DNA from: Psilocybe cubensis
Lineage: Eukaryota
NCBI GenBank assembly: GCA_017499595.2
Contig: CM039003.1
Location: 682,001 to 746,000 of the forward strand
Length of the DNA stretch: 64,000 nt
Reading direction: 5' to 3'
Shown: one piece after another, positions 25,118 to 37,174 of the stretch
Numbering within the stretch: position 1 is the stretch's first letter
Layout: every line of letters starts with the position of its first letter
Position numbers and translations under genes: made by a program
Notes under the pieces: model-generated
What the model was told of the DNA's origin: nothing
What the model saw: only the letters and a program-made list of their open reading frames with translations
Database searches by the model: none

Positions 25118-25565
25118 TGTCAGGGTTTCTCCAGTTTCCCCTTTTTATCTTCACAGAATTATCTTATCCTTTCATTATCTTATCAATTATCTGATTAGAT
25201 AGTTTATTTCTTTCATCACAGCCTTTTTGCTCCACTTCTTTCTAGTAAATTCTATATGATTCCTAGTCTTACTCATCCTTTTTCTATATGATGTCACTTT
25301 TATTCTTTAACCTTCCTTTATGATGTAATGTAGGGAATATTCTAGAATAGCTGTAGAGTATAAATACTGGACTTGTAGGTAGCTGTAGCTTCAGCTTCAA
25401 TCTCTTAGGATATCCACTATTATTAGTGTGATCTCTTAGAATCATTGAGTCTCTCTCACTCTCTTATTCTCTCTTTGCTCTCTTACTCTCTCTCTGCTCT
25501 CTCTCTCTCCCTTGCTTGATCTTTGTTGGTGGCCTTGTCACACTAATTATAGTGTTGCCCTGACA
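25118..25565 (+). repeat. 5' LTR of Gypsy C
   Basis: TGTCAGGG..CCCTGACA; TATAAATA at 25359-25366; about 8 transitions relative to the 3' LTR. Confidence 0.97.
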
Positions 25566-25567
25566 GA

Positions 25568-25578
25568 AGATTGAAGCT
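25568..25578 (+). promoter_or_regulatory. Self-priming primer-binding site (Tf1/sushi type)
   Basis: AGATTGAAGCT is the exact reverse complement of AGCTTCAATCT at 25393-25403, 34 nt after the TATA start. Confidence 0.8.
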
Positions 25579-26058
25579 CTCTCAAGACAACTCCACCATC
25601 TCTCTTTCAACACCAAACTCTTCAACCTCTTCAACCTCTTCAACATCATCACCTCAACCTTCTTCCCCCACTTCCAACCCACCAACCTCTTCATCAACCT
25701 CTTCACCAATCTTCTTATCAACCTCTACATCTCCACCAATCTTCAACATCCTCCTCAAGACCTTTCCTCAAGACCTTTGGCTCATCATCTTTCCTACTCT
25801 CTGTTGTGTGCTGTGTGTGAACTTAGTAGATAGGAATACCAACTGTTGGGGCAGACACAGTCCTACTAGTGTTCTGTTTTTGGTGGTCTAGGAAATATCC
25901 AGTAACCCTGTGATGCTAGGTTTAGAGCCCTGAGTGGTGTGACAACTGGGTATCCAGTAGATAGATATTTTTTTTAGAATACTTAGTATAGTTTCAAGGG
26001 CACTTTTAGTAGATAGCTTCTCCCACACACACATCAGAGAGCCTACCTACCCCTACCC

Positions 26059-27168
26059 ATGGACATGGACCTCTCCCAATTGCCTCCCACCACTCCTTCT
26101 GTGGAAGAGCTCATGCATCAGGTTCAGCTCCTTATCCAAGAGTTGAATTTCCTTAGACAGCAGCAGCAGTCATCATCCACTCCACCACACCCTCAGCAAC
26201 CAGTCAGTCAGTCACCATCATCACCACCACCACCACCACCTGCTGCTCTAGATATTCACTCTTTCCCTACCCCTCATGTTGCCCCTTCCTGTTCACACTC
26301 TCTCATTAAAGTCTCACCTCCAGATCCATTTGATGGTTCTATGGAGAAGGCAGAAAACTTCCTCAGTCAGCTCAAATTATATTTCTATGGGAAAGGGATT
26401 ACAGATGACTTTCAGAAAGTTATTTGTGCTCTATCTCATATGAAAGGAGGTACTGCTGGGAAGTGGGCATATGAGAAGACTAAAGTAATAGACAATGCTC
26501 AGTCCCAAGCAGGTCTTTGGGCTGACTTTGTTTATGAATTTAGGGAAGTGTTTGCAGATCCAGACCCCTCCAACACAGCTAAGCATAAAATGCACATGCT
26601 CAAGCAAGGCAGACAGACTGCTGATGAGTATGTTGCTAGCTTCAGGGCTCTGATCTCAGATACTGGGTATAATGATGCTGCTTTGGTAGACCAATTCAAG
26701 GCTGGGCTTAATGAAAATCTCAGGAATGCAGTCTACTATGTTCCTGACATGCCCAAAACCTTGGATGGATGGATTAAATGGAGTACTAGGCTAGATAGGC
26801 AGTGGAGACAGAGTGAGGCCTTTACCAAGTCTCTTTCCTCCTCCTCTTCTTCTCCCTTTCTTAAAGCCCCAACTCCCAAGGCTGTTTCTAAGCCTACTCC
26901 AAATCCTCCAGTCTTTTCCAACAGCAGCTCAAGAACCTTTGGTGCTCAGGCAAAGCAACCAGATGTAGTTCCCATAGAGGTTGACTCTGGATAGAAGTCA
27001 GTTAGGCCAATTGTTTGCTTCAAGTGCAGAAAGCCTGGTCATAAGGCTATAAACTGCAGGTCATCAGTTAACATCAATGCTATGACCCATGAAGAACTGG
27101 CTGACTACTTTGGGAAATTAATCTTGGAAGGCAAGGAGCAGAAAGATGAGGAAAAGAAAAATTTTTAG
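26059..27168 (+). pseudogene. gag: Gypsy C Gag
   Basis: PDPFDG, LSHMKGG and LKQG..TADEY capsid motifs; CFKCRKPGHKAINC knuckle; one premature TAG at 26992. Confidence 0.9.
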
Positions 27169-30100
27169 AAGCACCATTGGTGAAAGACATGTCCCAATGA
27201 AATAGATTTAATGTACTAGAAAATGAAATTGACAGACTTGATCCTCAGTCTTCAGATTCTGGTGCAGAAATCATGTCTTCTTCTTCCTCTCTTTCTACCT
27301 TCCCTGAAAAGATCTACATCCTCAACCATAATCCTAAAACCTCTACCCATTTGTCTGTCATCTTAAAGACAATGGACACAGAGAAAAGGTTATCTGTTGA
27401 TGCTTTGCTTGATTCTGGAGCTACTGGCCTTTTTCTGCATTCTGGTTTTGTGAAATATCATAATCTCAACACAAAAAAACTTCCTAGAGCCATTCCAGTC
27501 TATAATGTTGATGGTACTCTCAACAAGAGTGGCTCTATCCATGAAGAAGTAGACTTAATTATGGTATACAAGAACCATACAGAAAGGGCCACCTTTGCTG
27601 TTTGTGACTTGGGAGACAAATCTGCTATCATTGGACATACTTGGCTTTGGCACCATAATCCAGATGTTGATTGGAAGACAGGGGATGTTCAGTTTATTAG
27701 ATGTCCCTCTGACTGCCAAATGGAAGCCAAAAGAGCCAGAAGAAAGAGGCAGAGAATAGCTGCAGTCAAAAGAAGAAAACTCCCTCAATTTGATGAAGAA
27801 GAAGATGATTCTATTGAAGATTCTTCTGATTCTGAGATTGAGCCTGAGGACAGAATTTTCATCTCATACCTTCATCCTCAGAAGCAGTCTATTAATGCTA
27901 CTTCTACTATGTCTCAAAGATTAGCAGAAGAGTCTCATCAGCAAGCTGATTCTCCTAAGAAAACCTTTGAAGAAACTGTCCCTAAGCACTATCACCAGTT
28001 TAAAGATGTTTTTTCAAAGGAATCTTTTGATAGGCTACCAGACAGGAAGCCTTAGGATCATGCTATTGAGCTGAAACCTGGTTCTGAACCTTATAGATCC
28101 AAGATTTATCCTCTCTCTCCCAATGAACAAAAGGAACTTGATGCCTTTTTAGAGGAAAATCTGAAGTCTGGCAGGATTAGACCCTCCAAGTCACCTATGG
28201 CCTCCCCTGTATTCTTTGTCAAGAAGAAGGATGGATCTCTTAGGCTTGTCCAGGACTATAGGAAACTGAATGAAATGACCATCAAGAACTCCTACCCCCT
28301 TCCATTGATTTCTGACATTATCACCAAACTCAGCAAAGCCAAATACTTCACCAAACTTGATGTTAGGTGGGGATTTAACAATGTCAGAATCAAAAAGGGA
28401 GATGAATGGAAAGCAGCCTTTAGAACCAATAGAGGGCTGTTTGAACCATTGGTCATGTTCTTTGGTTTAATCAATAGTCCTGCTACCTTCCAAACTATGA
28501 TGAATGATATCTTTATTGAGCTCATTGATGGAAATGTTGTCATTGTCTACATGGATGACATTTTAATTTTCACTGAGACTCTTGATCATCATAGAGAGGT
28601 AGTCAAGCAAGTTCTGCAAATCCTAGAACAGAACAAACTCTACCTTAAAGTAGAGAAATGTGAATTTGAAAAGGAAAAGATTGAATATCTTGGACTAATC
28701 ATTTCACAAGGCAGGATTGAGATGGATCCTGTCAAGGTAGAGGGAGTTTCTAAATGGCCTGAACCTGAAAATGTCAAGGATGTCCAATCATTTTTGGGAT
28801 TTGTTAATTTTTATAGAAGGTTCATAGAGGATTTTGCAGACATTGCTAAGCCCCTTTATGAATTGACAAAGAAAGGAACAGTCTAGAGATGGAGCCTTAG
28901 ACAGCAGGAAGCCTTTGACCAGTTAAAGAAGAAAGTCACTTCTTCACCTGTCTTGATTTTCCCTAATGATAACAAGCCATATAAAGTTGAAGCAGATAGT
29001 TCAGATTATGCTACTGGGGCTGTTTTATCTCAGGAAGGATCAGATGGGAAATGGCATCCTGTAGCCTTTATGTCTAAGAGTCTATCTGAAGTAGAAAGGA
29101 ATTATGAGATCCATAACAAAGAGATGCTGGCTATTATCAGAGCACTAGATGAATGGAGACATTATCTTGAAGGAACCCAACATTCCTTTGAGATTTGGAC
29201 AGACCACAAAAACTTAGAGTACTTTATGGTTGCCCAAAAGCTCAGCAGAAGGCAAGCCAGATGGTCACTCTTCCTGTCCAGATTTGATTTTACTCTTCAT
29301 CATAGGCCTGGTAAAAGATCTCTTAAGCCAGATGCTTTGTCTAGGAGACCAGATCATAAAAAGGGAGTGAATAATAACCAAAATGTAGTTCTCCTCAAAC
29401 CTTCCTACTTTAAAATCCAGGCTCTCAAGCAGGGTCATGCTACCATTACTGGTGCAGAAAATGATCTTCTTAAGAAGATTAGAGAAGCTAAGGAGATGGA
29501 TGAAAAGGTGGTTAAGGCAGTTCAGGAGCTCAAGAAATCTTCTACCAAGAAGATTGAAGGACAAGAATAGTCAGAAGAATAAGGCCTTATTCTCTACAGA
29601 GGGAAGGTGTATGTTCCCAAGGACAAAGATCTTAGAAGAAAGATTGTGGAACTGCACCATGATGCCTTCATTGCTGAACATCCAGGGAAATGGAAGACAA
29701 TTGAGCTAGTCTCTAGGAATTATTGGTGGCCAGGAATGTCACATTTTATTGCAGCCTATACCAGAGGTTGTGATAGATGCAACAGAACCAAAACCTTTCC
29801 AGCCAAACCTCTTGGCCTTTTAATTCCTACTGAGATTCCCTCTGATGTCTGGCAATGCATCTCTGTGGACTTTATTATGGGGTTACCAGAATGTCAAGGG
29901 TATAATGCCATTATGGTGGTTGTGGATAGACTTAGTAAAATGATCCACATTATCCCTACTACAGATGAAGTCACTTCTGAAGGGACAGCCAGACTATACA
30001 AAGATTATGTCTGGAAACACCATGGCTTACCCATTAAAATTCTGTGTGATAGAGGTCCACAGTTTGTCTCAAGGTTTATGAAAGAACTCAACTCAATACT

Positions 30101-30824
30101 TGGTATCCAGACAGCCTCATCTACAGCCTACCATCCCCAAACTGATGGTCAGACTGAAAGAGTTAACCAAGAAATTGAGCAGTATCTTAGACTCTTTATA
30201 AACCATAGACAAGATGATTGGGTTGAATGGTTAGCTCTAGCTGAATTCTCTTATAACAATAGAGTTCAGGCTTCAACCATGCAGACACCATTCATGCTCA
30301 ATAATGGCAGACATCCCAGAATGGGCACTGAACCCCTTAGAAATAGTAAAATGGACACTGTGGATACCTTTGTGAAAAATATGGAAGAAGCCAGGAAAGA
30401 AGCAGAGTCTGCACTTAGAAAAGCTGCTGATGATATGGCTAAATTCTATAATAGACACAGAGGTACTCCAACTCAGTACAAAGTTGGGGATTTGGTATGG
30501 TTGGATGGCAAGGACCTTAAAACTGATAGGCCCTCCAAGAAATTGGATGATAAAAGATATGGGCCTTACAAAATTACCAAAGTTATTAGTCCTAATGCCT
30601 ATGAGCTTAAGCTGCCATCTACCATGAAAATCCATCCAGTATTCAATGTGGTTAAACTTTTACCTTATCACCCAGATATTGTAGGAAGAAAGCCTCCTTC
30701 TAGACCACCACCTGTCATTCAAGGAGAAAATCCTGAGTGGGAAGTTGAATTTATCAAGGACAGCAGACTTTTTAGAAACAAACTTCAATATTTGGTCAAG
30801 TGGAAAAACTATCCTAATGAAGAA
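27159..30824 (+). pseudogene. pol: Gypsy C Pol (PR-RT-RNaseH-IN-chromodomain); remainder resumes at 39208-39429
   Basis: LLDSGA, YMDD, EADSSDYATG, TDHKNL, HPG/CDRC, TDGQTER, GPY and YLVKWKNYP motifs; premature stops at 28053, 28884, 29568 and 29580; -1 slippery site AAATTTT at 27159-27165. Confidence 0.93.
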
Positions 30825-30889
30825 CTTGTTTTAGTGGGCCACCGCGGAGCGTGGTGTGACAAGTCTTTACAATTCAGTGTCATGCTTTG

Positions 30890-30972
30890 TAATAATATAA
30901 TATATATATAATATAATATATATATATAATATAATATATATATATAATATAATATAAATAATAAATATAATT
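30890..30972. repeat. TA-rich microsatellite inside the element end
   Basis: Run of TA/TAA units directly visible. Confidence 0.95.
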
Positions 30973-31234
30973 ACAAATCTTGAAATCATTCCCGCGCGCC
31001 CGTTTGGGTAACTGAAGAAGTGCGGCGCAATAGCGGCTATCGACTTCTTAGAAGTTGATAGGCTGCCATGAAGTGGTGGGGGTCAAACAGACCCGCCCAT
31101 CTTCCTCTTTCTTCCCAACCCCCACCATCTCCAACACCTCCCAGCAGTATTCGGCCCACCTCGTGCTCAAAAAAAACCGAAAAAATGACAAAATATTCAG
31201 ACGGATTGGCATTGACGGCAGGTACGTGCCGAAT

Positions 31235-31841
31235 CTATTTTAATCCGCAGTTTTATTTTATTCATTGCGTTTCGTGCGTTTTGCGCTGTGCAGGCAAAAC
31301 GCTTGCGTGCATATTTGTTAAAGGTGAGTAGTGGCCTGTTTTCAACTGTTATTAACTCACCTATCGCTTTTAGACGGCGTCACAGACGTATATCGTCCGT
31401 ATTCTCTGATTTTTTGCATTTGTTGAAGGTTTTGGCCGCACGCAAGCCAGAAGCATCCTCAGTTGTACCAAATAGTTTCAGATTGTGTTTCGTCTTTATG
31501 GATTGCGCATGAAGCGCATACATTTTGGAGGCAACAGTTTCGGTCATTCCAAAATGGGCAATGGAAGAGCATACAATATAAGACTTCTTCTTCTCACAAA
31601 CACGTTTGAAGATGATGCATCTTTGGCATCGAATGGGATTCATGCCCTTGCACTCTTTGCTGACGTTGGTACAACCCACGCAAGTTGGTAACGGATTGTC
31701 TTGCAAGGCGATGAGATAGGGAGAGTTGTTTGATAACAATTGTTGCACAAATTCAATGTAATCCTTTGCAGAGACATTGGTAGATGTCGTATTATTGATG
31801 GGGGAATGATCATTGGCTGATTGTAATGTGGAGCTGTCTAT
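31235..31841 (-). pseudogene. Cargo 1: small Zn(II)2Cys6-spacing protein, two exons
   Basis: CVGC-x6-C-x7-CQRC-x6-C at 31596-31682; intron ~31361-31288; probable ATG decayed to ATA at 31841; TGA at 31380 may be a decayed CGA. Confidence 0.65.
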
Positions 31842-32104
31842 TCTGAATCGTTTGAGAGATATGAAGAAAGTGAAAAGTGAAAGAAAGGAAATGAAACATC
31901 ATGATGAACAAAAAAACATGACTTTAGGGCAAGTGTATCTGTTCAAGTTTATATGACAGGTGCATAACTAAGGAGTTTATATGACAGCTGCAAAACTAAG
32001 GAAATGTTATTTTGTGTATGGCATGAATATGAATAGAGATCTTAAAGCTGGATAGCATGAGCATCAAATAGACGCTGAGTTAAGCAAGTTCATAAACAGG
32101 ATGA

Positions 32105-32149
32105 CCGTGGGAACATCCTGTGTACAGTGTACACAGGATATTCCCACGG
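32105..32149. repeat. 45-bp palindrome, copy 1
   Basis: CCGTGGGAACATCCTGTGTACA-G-TGTACACAGGATATTCCCACGG: 22-bp arms, one mismatch. Confidence 0.95.
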
Positions 32150-32297
32150 GGGCAGCACGTCACCCCTGTGTCCAATTTGATTTTATATCATGTCGACGTC
32201 ACCAATACATTATGGTCCAACCACCTCAAAACCATTTGAAACAGCACAGAATAACAGAATTTGAATGCCATAGATAGTAAAACAAACTTTGATTGTT

Positions 32298-35200
32298 TTA
32301 TGTAGAATTAAAAGAAAAGAGTAGGTACATATTTGCAACCCACTCTCTAGTCAACAGTTGGACTGGACAGCAAAAATCCCCACTATGCATAGCATAGTTG
32401 AACAATTTAAAATGATTTCGACCGGTTGCAGGTTGTGCAATGTGAATCATATGGGACATAATGACCATCGAACCATAGGGTATTTCATTCCACAAAGGAA
32501 GATATAAATTTCTGTCTTCCAGCATCTCCTTGGTGAAAGTCTTCTCAGAAAAATCCTTCAACAAAGTACGCAAATCATAAATTGGAACTGCCGCAACGTA
32601 TTAAACTTGGCAATAAATAATGGGATAAACTGAGGACTCACATTTTTTGCCGTAAGCCAACATTGTGGCTTTTTTCTTGGGCTGAGGAGTCGTCTTGAGC
32701 AATACCGCCGGTGCGGTTGTAAAAAGCAACTTAGGAAGTGTCTGCGCGGTAGAGCTCATTTGTTCATCTGCTGTGTGCGGTAGTCAGGAATGTCACATAG
32801 CCAAATAGAATTATGGTACTTACCACTTTTGTTGTTTGGTTTGTTCTTGGTGGTAAATTGTATCACGTTGTAGTAGGAAGGGACCTCTAACTTTGGTTGA
32901 TGGGTTACCATCCTGATGACAGCCAAAGCCCGGTCCCACCAATATGCCATCGGAACCCCTTGGACGTAATGGCCTCCCCATGTCAATTGAGGATTCATTT
33001 TGTGAAGAAACGAGGACGTTGTCACAATTGGAGTTAGGCACTGTAATGGCTCTCCAGATGCGTTTCAAAGTTCGTAATGTTGTCCCCACATGGACTGTGA
33101 CTTCAATAGCAAAGGGCTAACGCGACCAAGATTGACAAAACATTCCTCAATAGAAAAGTTGAGGAAGGATGCAAGGAAACTACCATTGGGAGATATATCA
33201 CAAAGGATGGCAAATAATGACACATAAGCGACTTACCTGGAGGGAAAATTCGCGCCATGCCACTGTTGCAATTGACTGAAGCCCACTAGCCCATGAACTT
33301 GAGTGGTGTCGACGTTGCTAAAGGTCTCTATTTGCCTGCACTATCTGTCAATATGTGTGCTGTGTCGCATATGATTTGAGGTTTACCTGAGGTGTGGAAG
33401 GTTTTTGTAACATCCTTTCACTTCGAATTTGGGATCTCTAGTAATTCCAACCAAAACCTCGCACGCAAATGGCAAAGCCCTGAATGATATACAAATGTAT
33501 GTGTAAGCTCATGTCACAAAATAAACGAGAACATGTACGCTGATTGAACATGATTGAGATTGGAGTCGTATACCAAAAGAGCAGGATTTCAGAGGCTACG
33601 TGGTCCCAGGGCGGGTGGCACAACACTGGGAGCCGGAATAGCGGCACTGGTGACAACAGGAGCAATAACGCTGGCTGTAACGGGGGCAGACACCACAACA
33701 GTATCATTGTCGGTAGCAACAGAAACAGTTCCCGCCTTGGGTGCCTGAGACTTCTTCGCAATCTTGGAACGAGGTGTCGACACTTTGCGGGTATTTTTTG
33801 AAGGAGATTTGCTTTCAAATATCAAAGAAGGAGTTCCAATATTGACGATAGAAAGAGCATTCATCCTGGAGGACGGAGTTTCTGCAGCAGCCTTGCGGGC
33901 TGATTGCCTGGCAGGAGTAGCAGGAGTTTTGCCGGCTTTCTTCTTGGGGGTGGCCCTCTTTGTCGGAGAAGGCGTAGGCGGAGGTTCTGTGCACATACGT
34001 TTGGTACTGCACCACTAGGGTCAACAAAAACCAAAGTTCAAATCAAATTAATTGTAACGTACAGAGACCTATCTGCAACAGGAGTTGCGGGTGTTGCTGG
34101 CAATTGTGACCGACTGAGATTTAAAAAAAAAAAAAACCAGCCATATCAGTACGACTTGAAAATCCGTATAACTGATGAACAACATACTGCGTAGGAAACT
34201 CAGGTGTAGAGGTAGACTCCCTCGGCCTTTTGATTTTGCGGGATTTCCGGAGAGTTGGGGCAGAAGTAAAGACACTAGAAACAATACAGTGAGAGAAAAA
34301 CTACCAATAAGTGAGTAAAAGACTCACTCGTCGATGGGAGGTGCGGGGACGCTGATGATGTTCAATCAATAATTGACCAGACAGTGAAGATGATAACATA
34401 CTTTTTAATTGGCTCCTCAATGTCCTCTCCTTTGTCAGTAAGAATACCTCCTTGCTCTTCAAGATTGTTCAAGTCATCTTCAACATCTTTGTCACCTTTG
34501 TCTTCCTCCTCTTCCTCCTCGTATTCTTCGTCCTCAAGTGCGTCTTCATCATCTTCAATGAAGTCTTCGAGGTCTTCGGAGTCACCGCCTTGCTCCTTTT
34601 CATCTTTGTCGTCGTCGTCGTTGTGGTCATCATCATCATCATTCTCGTCACGCAGCTCACCATCTGTAACCACCTCTTCTGCATCAGATGCTCCTTCATA
34701 TTCCTCATCAGCTTCGACCGCGTTGACCGTTGCCGCTGTGGGAACTCCTTGGCAAAGCCTGATATAGAAATTCATTAGAAATGAAACGTAATTGCCCGAA
34801 GGAGAAACGTACATGGGGTTTCTATAAAAAGTGCAAATATTATTTAAGAAAATACATAGGTTTAGAGCGCAAAACAATCTATAAAACAAAAGAAAATGTA
34901 CCCAGGCCTGAATTTCGTTTCACTGACAGTCACATGGGTCTTCTTGGGCTGTACAGGAGGGACTTTGGACAAAGGAGGCTGTTGAGCAACAACATTGGAT
35001 GCAGGTTTACTAAAAGCACACAATAATCAATAACAGACTTATAGCAAGACAAATAAAAACACTGTACATTGTTTTCTTTTTTGGGGCAGCTCTCTTAACC
35101 TGGGCGTCCATGTCAGCAGTTTTTCTAAGAAGAAAAACGAAGATAAAGGTAAGTTAAATTTGGGAACAAAATAACAGAGGTACATACTTGACAACCTTCG

Positions 35201-35333
35201 CTGCAGCAACTTGTTTGTTGGTGACCTTTTGAGCAGGGGGCGCTGTACTAACAGGAGGGACAGCAAGAGCTGGCAACGGAAGTCAAACTGCCAAAGCAGC
35301 AGTATCAGCGTTCTTTTTAGCTTTAGGAGGCAT
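32298..35333 (-). pseudogene. Cargo 2: multi-exon gene with basic N-terminus, acidic tract, P/T/K-rich linker and beta-rich C-terminal domain
   Basis: Start MPPKAKK at 35333; many short GT-AG introns; D/E tract ~34410-34730; C-terminal PIYDLR..LPLWNEIPYGSMVIMSH; some stops and frameshifts; exon structure only partly resolved. Confidence 0.65.
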
Positions 35334-35699
35334 TTAAGGACGAAGTCTTAGGGAAAGTTGAAGCGTGGATGACAAGGACAAGAAGAGGGATAACAAAGAA
35401 TATATGCCAAATCAATTGGCTTGGACTTAGATAATGATCAGGGCCATTGAATCTTTCAGACGCAAAGTAAACAGGAGAGCAGGAAGAAATTTGACCCAGC
35501 AGAAACCTTGGAATTCTCAAAGGAATAACCAATCAATTTTAGTGATCGCTTGAAGAGAATATCCAAAGACCATGGTGCGAATGATTGTACCAAGAAAGAT
35601 AAAAATGAAGATCCACAAGAACAGGGGGCATAAATGAAGAACAGCAAGAACAGGGGGGGCGGGCATACATTATAATATATCAAGTGCGATTTGATTGAG

Positions 35700-36834
35700 C
35701 ATGATACAGAAGTACTTTGACACCCTTGGAATGTCATTAACAATGGACAAGAACTACAACATAAACGCCGCGAGTGAGTTTTTCTTTCATTCTTCATGTG
35801 TACAAAAGCTGATCAAGATTCAGAACTTAAACTTGAAAAAATAGTGAACAAACAACAATTGAACCCCAGCCACGTTCAATTATACAACGCGGATGTAAGG
35901 AATTCAATTGCTAAGCTTCAAAAACTTGCTACCACCAATGGCAAAGCCTGCTTTGTACGTCTACTCCATTGAGGTAAATTAATTACGAATGAAGACTTAA
36001 CACTGTGTTACAGCTGCAACAGAATGGTCAAGCAATGACCATATTTACGTACCGCCATTGCTATCATGGGACTTGGAGACATTGCGTTTGATAAGGCGAT
36101 GGAAAAGCTAGAAGAAGTTTTCCTCCATTTTGCAAACAATTTTCCCGCGGACAGCGTCAGCGGCTATGACCCAGTTCTTCACAAAGACACAGGTTTCAAC
36201 GTTTTCCATGCGCATAGCCGATATTTCACAAAGGTATCCGCATATCAAGACAAATCTGACAACATAGGTTTTCATCCCCTGGTTGACCCTGATAACGTGT
36301 TGGCGTCCATGGCAGGGGACGGTTTCATCCACGCAATCGATAACGAGGTACAGTTTCTTCGTCGGGAGATACTTCCTGACGGAACAGCCAGGTATGTTTA
36401 GAAAATACCAACAATGCATCACAACCAAACTAACATCATGTTGCAACAGATATTATCCTTATAATCCTGTCTCCATACAAATTGGAGACATTGTCGAAAT
36501 CAGTGTTGCCTTTGTCGCATTTCCTGCCCAAGGAAACAAGTACAAATTTGTTGTCGCTCTTCGCGGAATACTTGTCTTGGACCAGGAGGCAAGAGAGGTA
36601 AGCAATGTTACGTTGAACAGTCTCATAGCCATTCATAACTTCCAACAGAAAGCTGATATTCTCAGAATGCGGTCGCGCTATACTCCAGCGAAAAGACAGG
36701 TTGCTGTTTTGCATAGGACAAAGAGGCAGCTATACAAAGGTCAGATTGACATTGAAGACACGCAACAGAGGATGGCACGTATGCGCTTAAACGAGGACAC
36801 AGTCCACAATAGCAATACTATGTCCCAAGATTAA
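35700..36834 (+). CDS. Cargo 3: spliced hypothetical protein, possibly OB-fold-like; 5' end uncertain and possibly damaged
   Basis: Introns 36392-36449 and 36598-36648 join ORFs 36066.. and 36283.. in frame; motif IQIGDIVEISVAFVAF..KFVVALRGILVLD. Confidence 0.65.
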
Positions 36835-36980
36835 TACACATGTAGTATATAGAAAGACAAGGATATCATAAATGTGCTAAACAAACAATCAATCCATTTG
36901 CGAGAACATTGTGAATAACAAGGAATAATTTGTCAAGTCATTTTCATGACAGAAATTCTCTGAAGGTGTTAGTTGGCATC

Positions 36981-37095
36981 CCGTGGGAGAATCCTGCGTA
37001 CACTGTATGCAGAATATTCCCACACTCGGCTGAATATTGGGAGAGGTTGACCGTGGGAATATCCTGTGTACAGTGTACGCAGGATTCTCCCACGC
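36981..37095. repeat. Palindrome copies 2 and 3, themselves inverted relative to each other
   Basis: 36981-37025 and 37051-37095; lie between the convergent 3' ends of cargo 3 and cargo 4. Confidence 0.93.
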
Positions 37096-37174
37096 TCATC
37101 CGCAAGTCAAATTTACAAATTAAGACGAAAAGAATGAGGACAAGAACACAAGTTTATTTCAAACAAAAATTTGA

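Noticed and set aside
30825-30911. Novel C-terminus on the Gypsy C integrase
   Set aside because: Read-through into the nested insertion.
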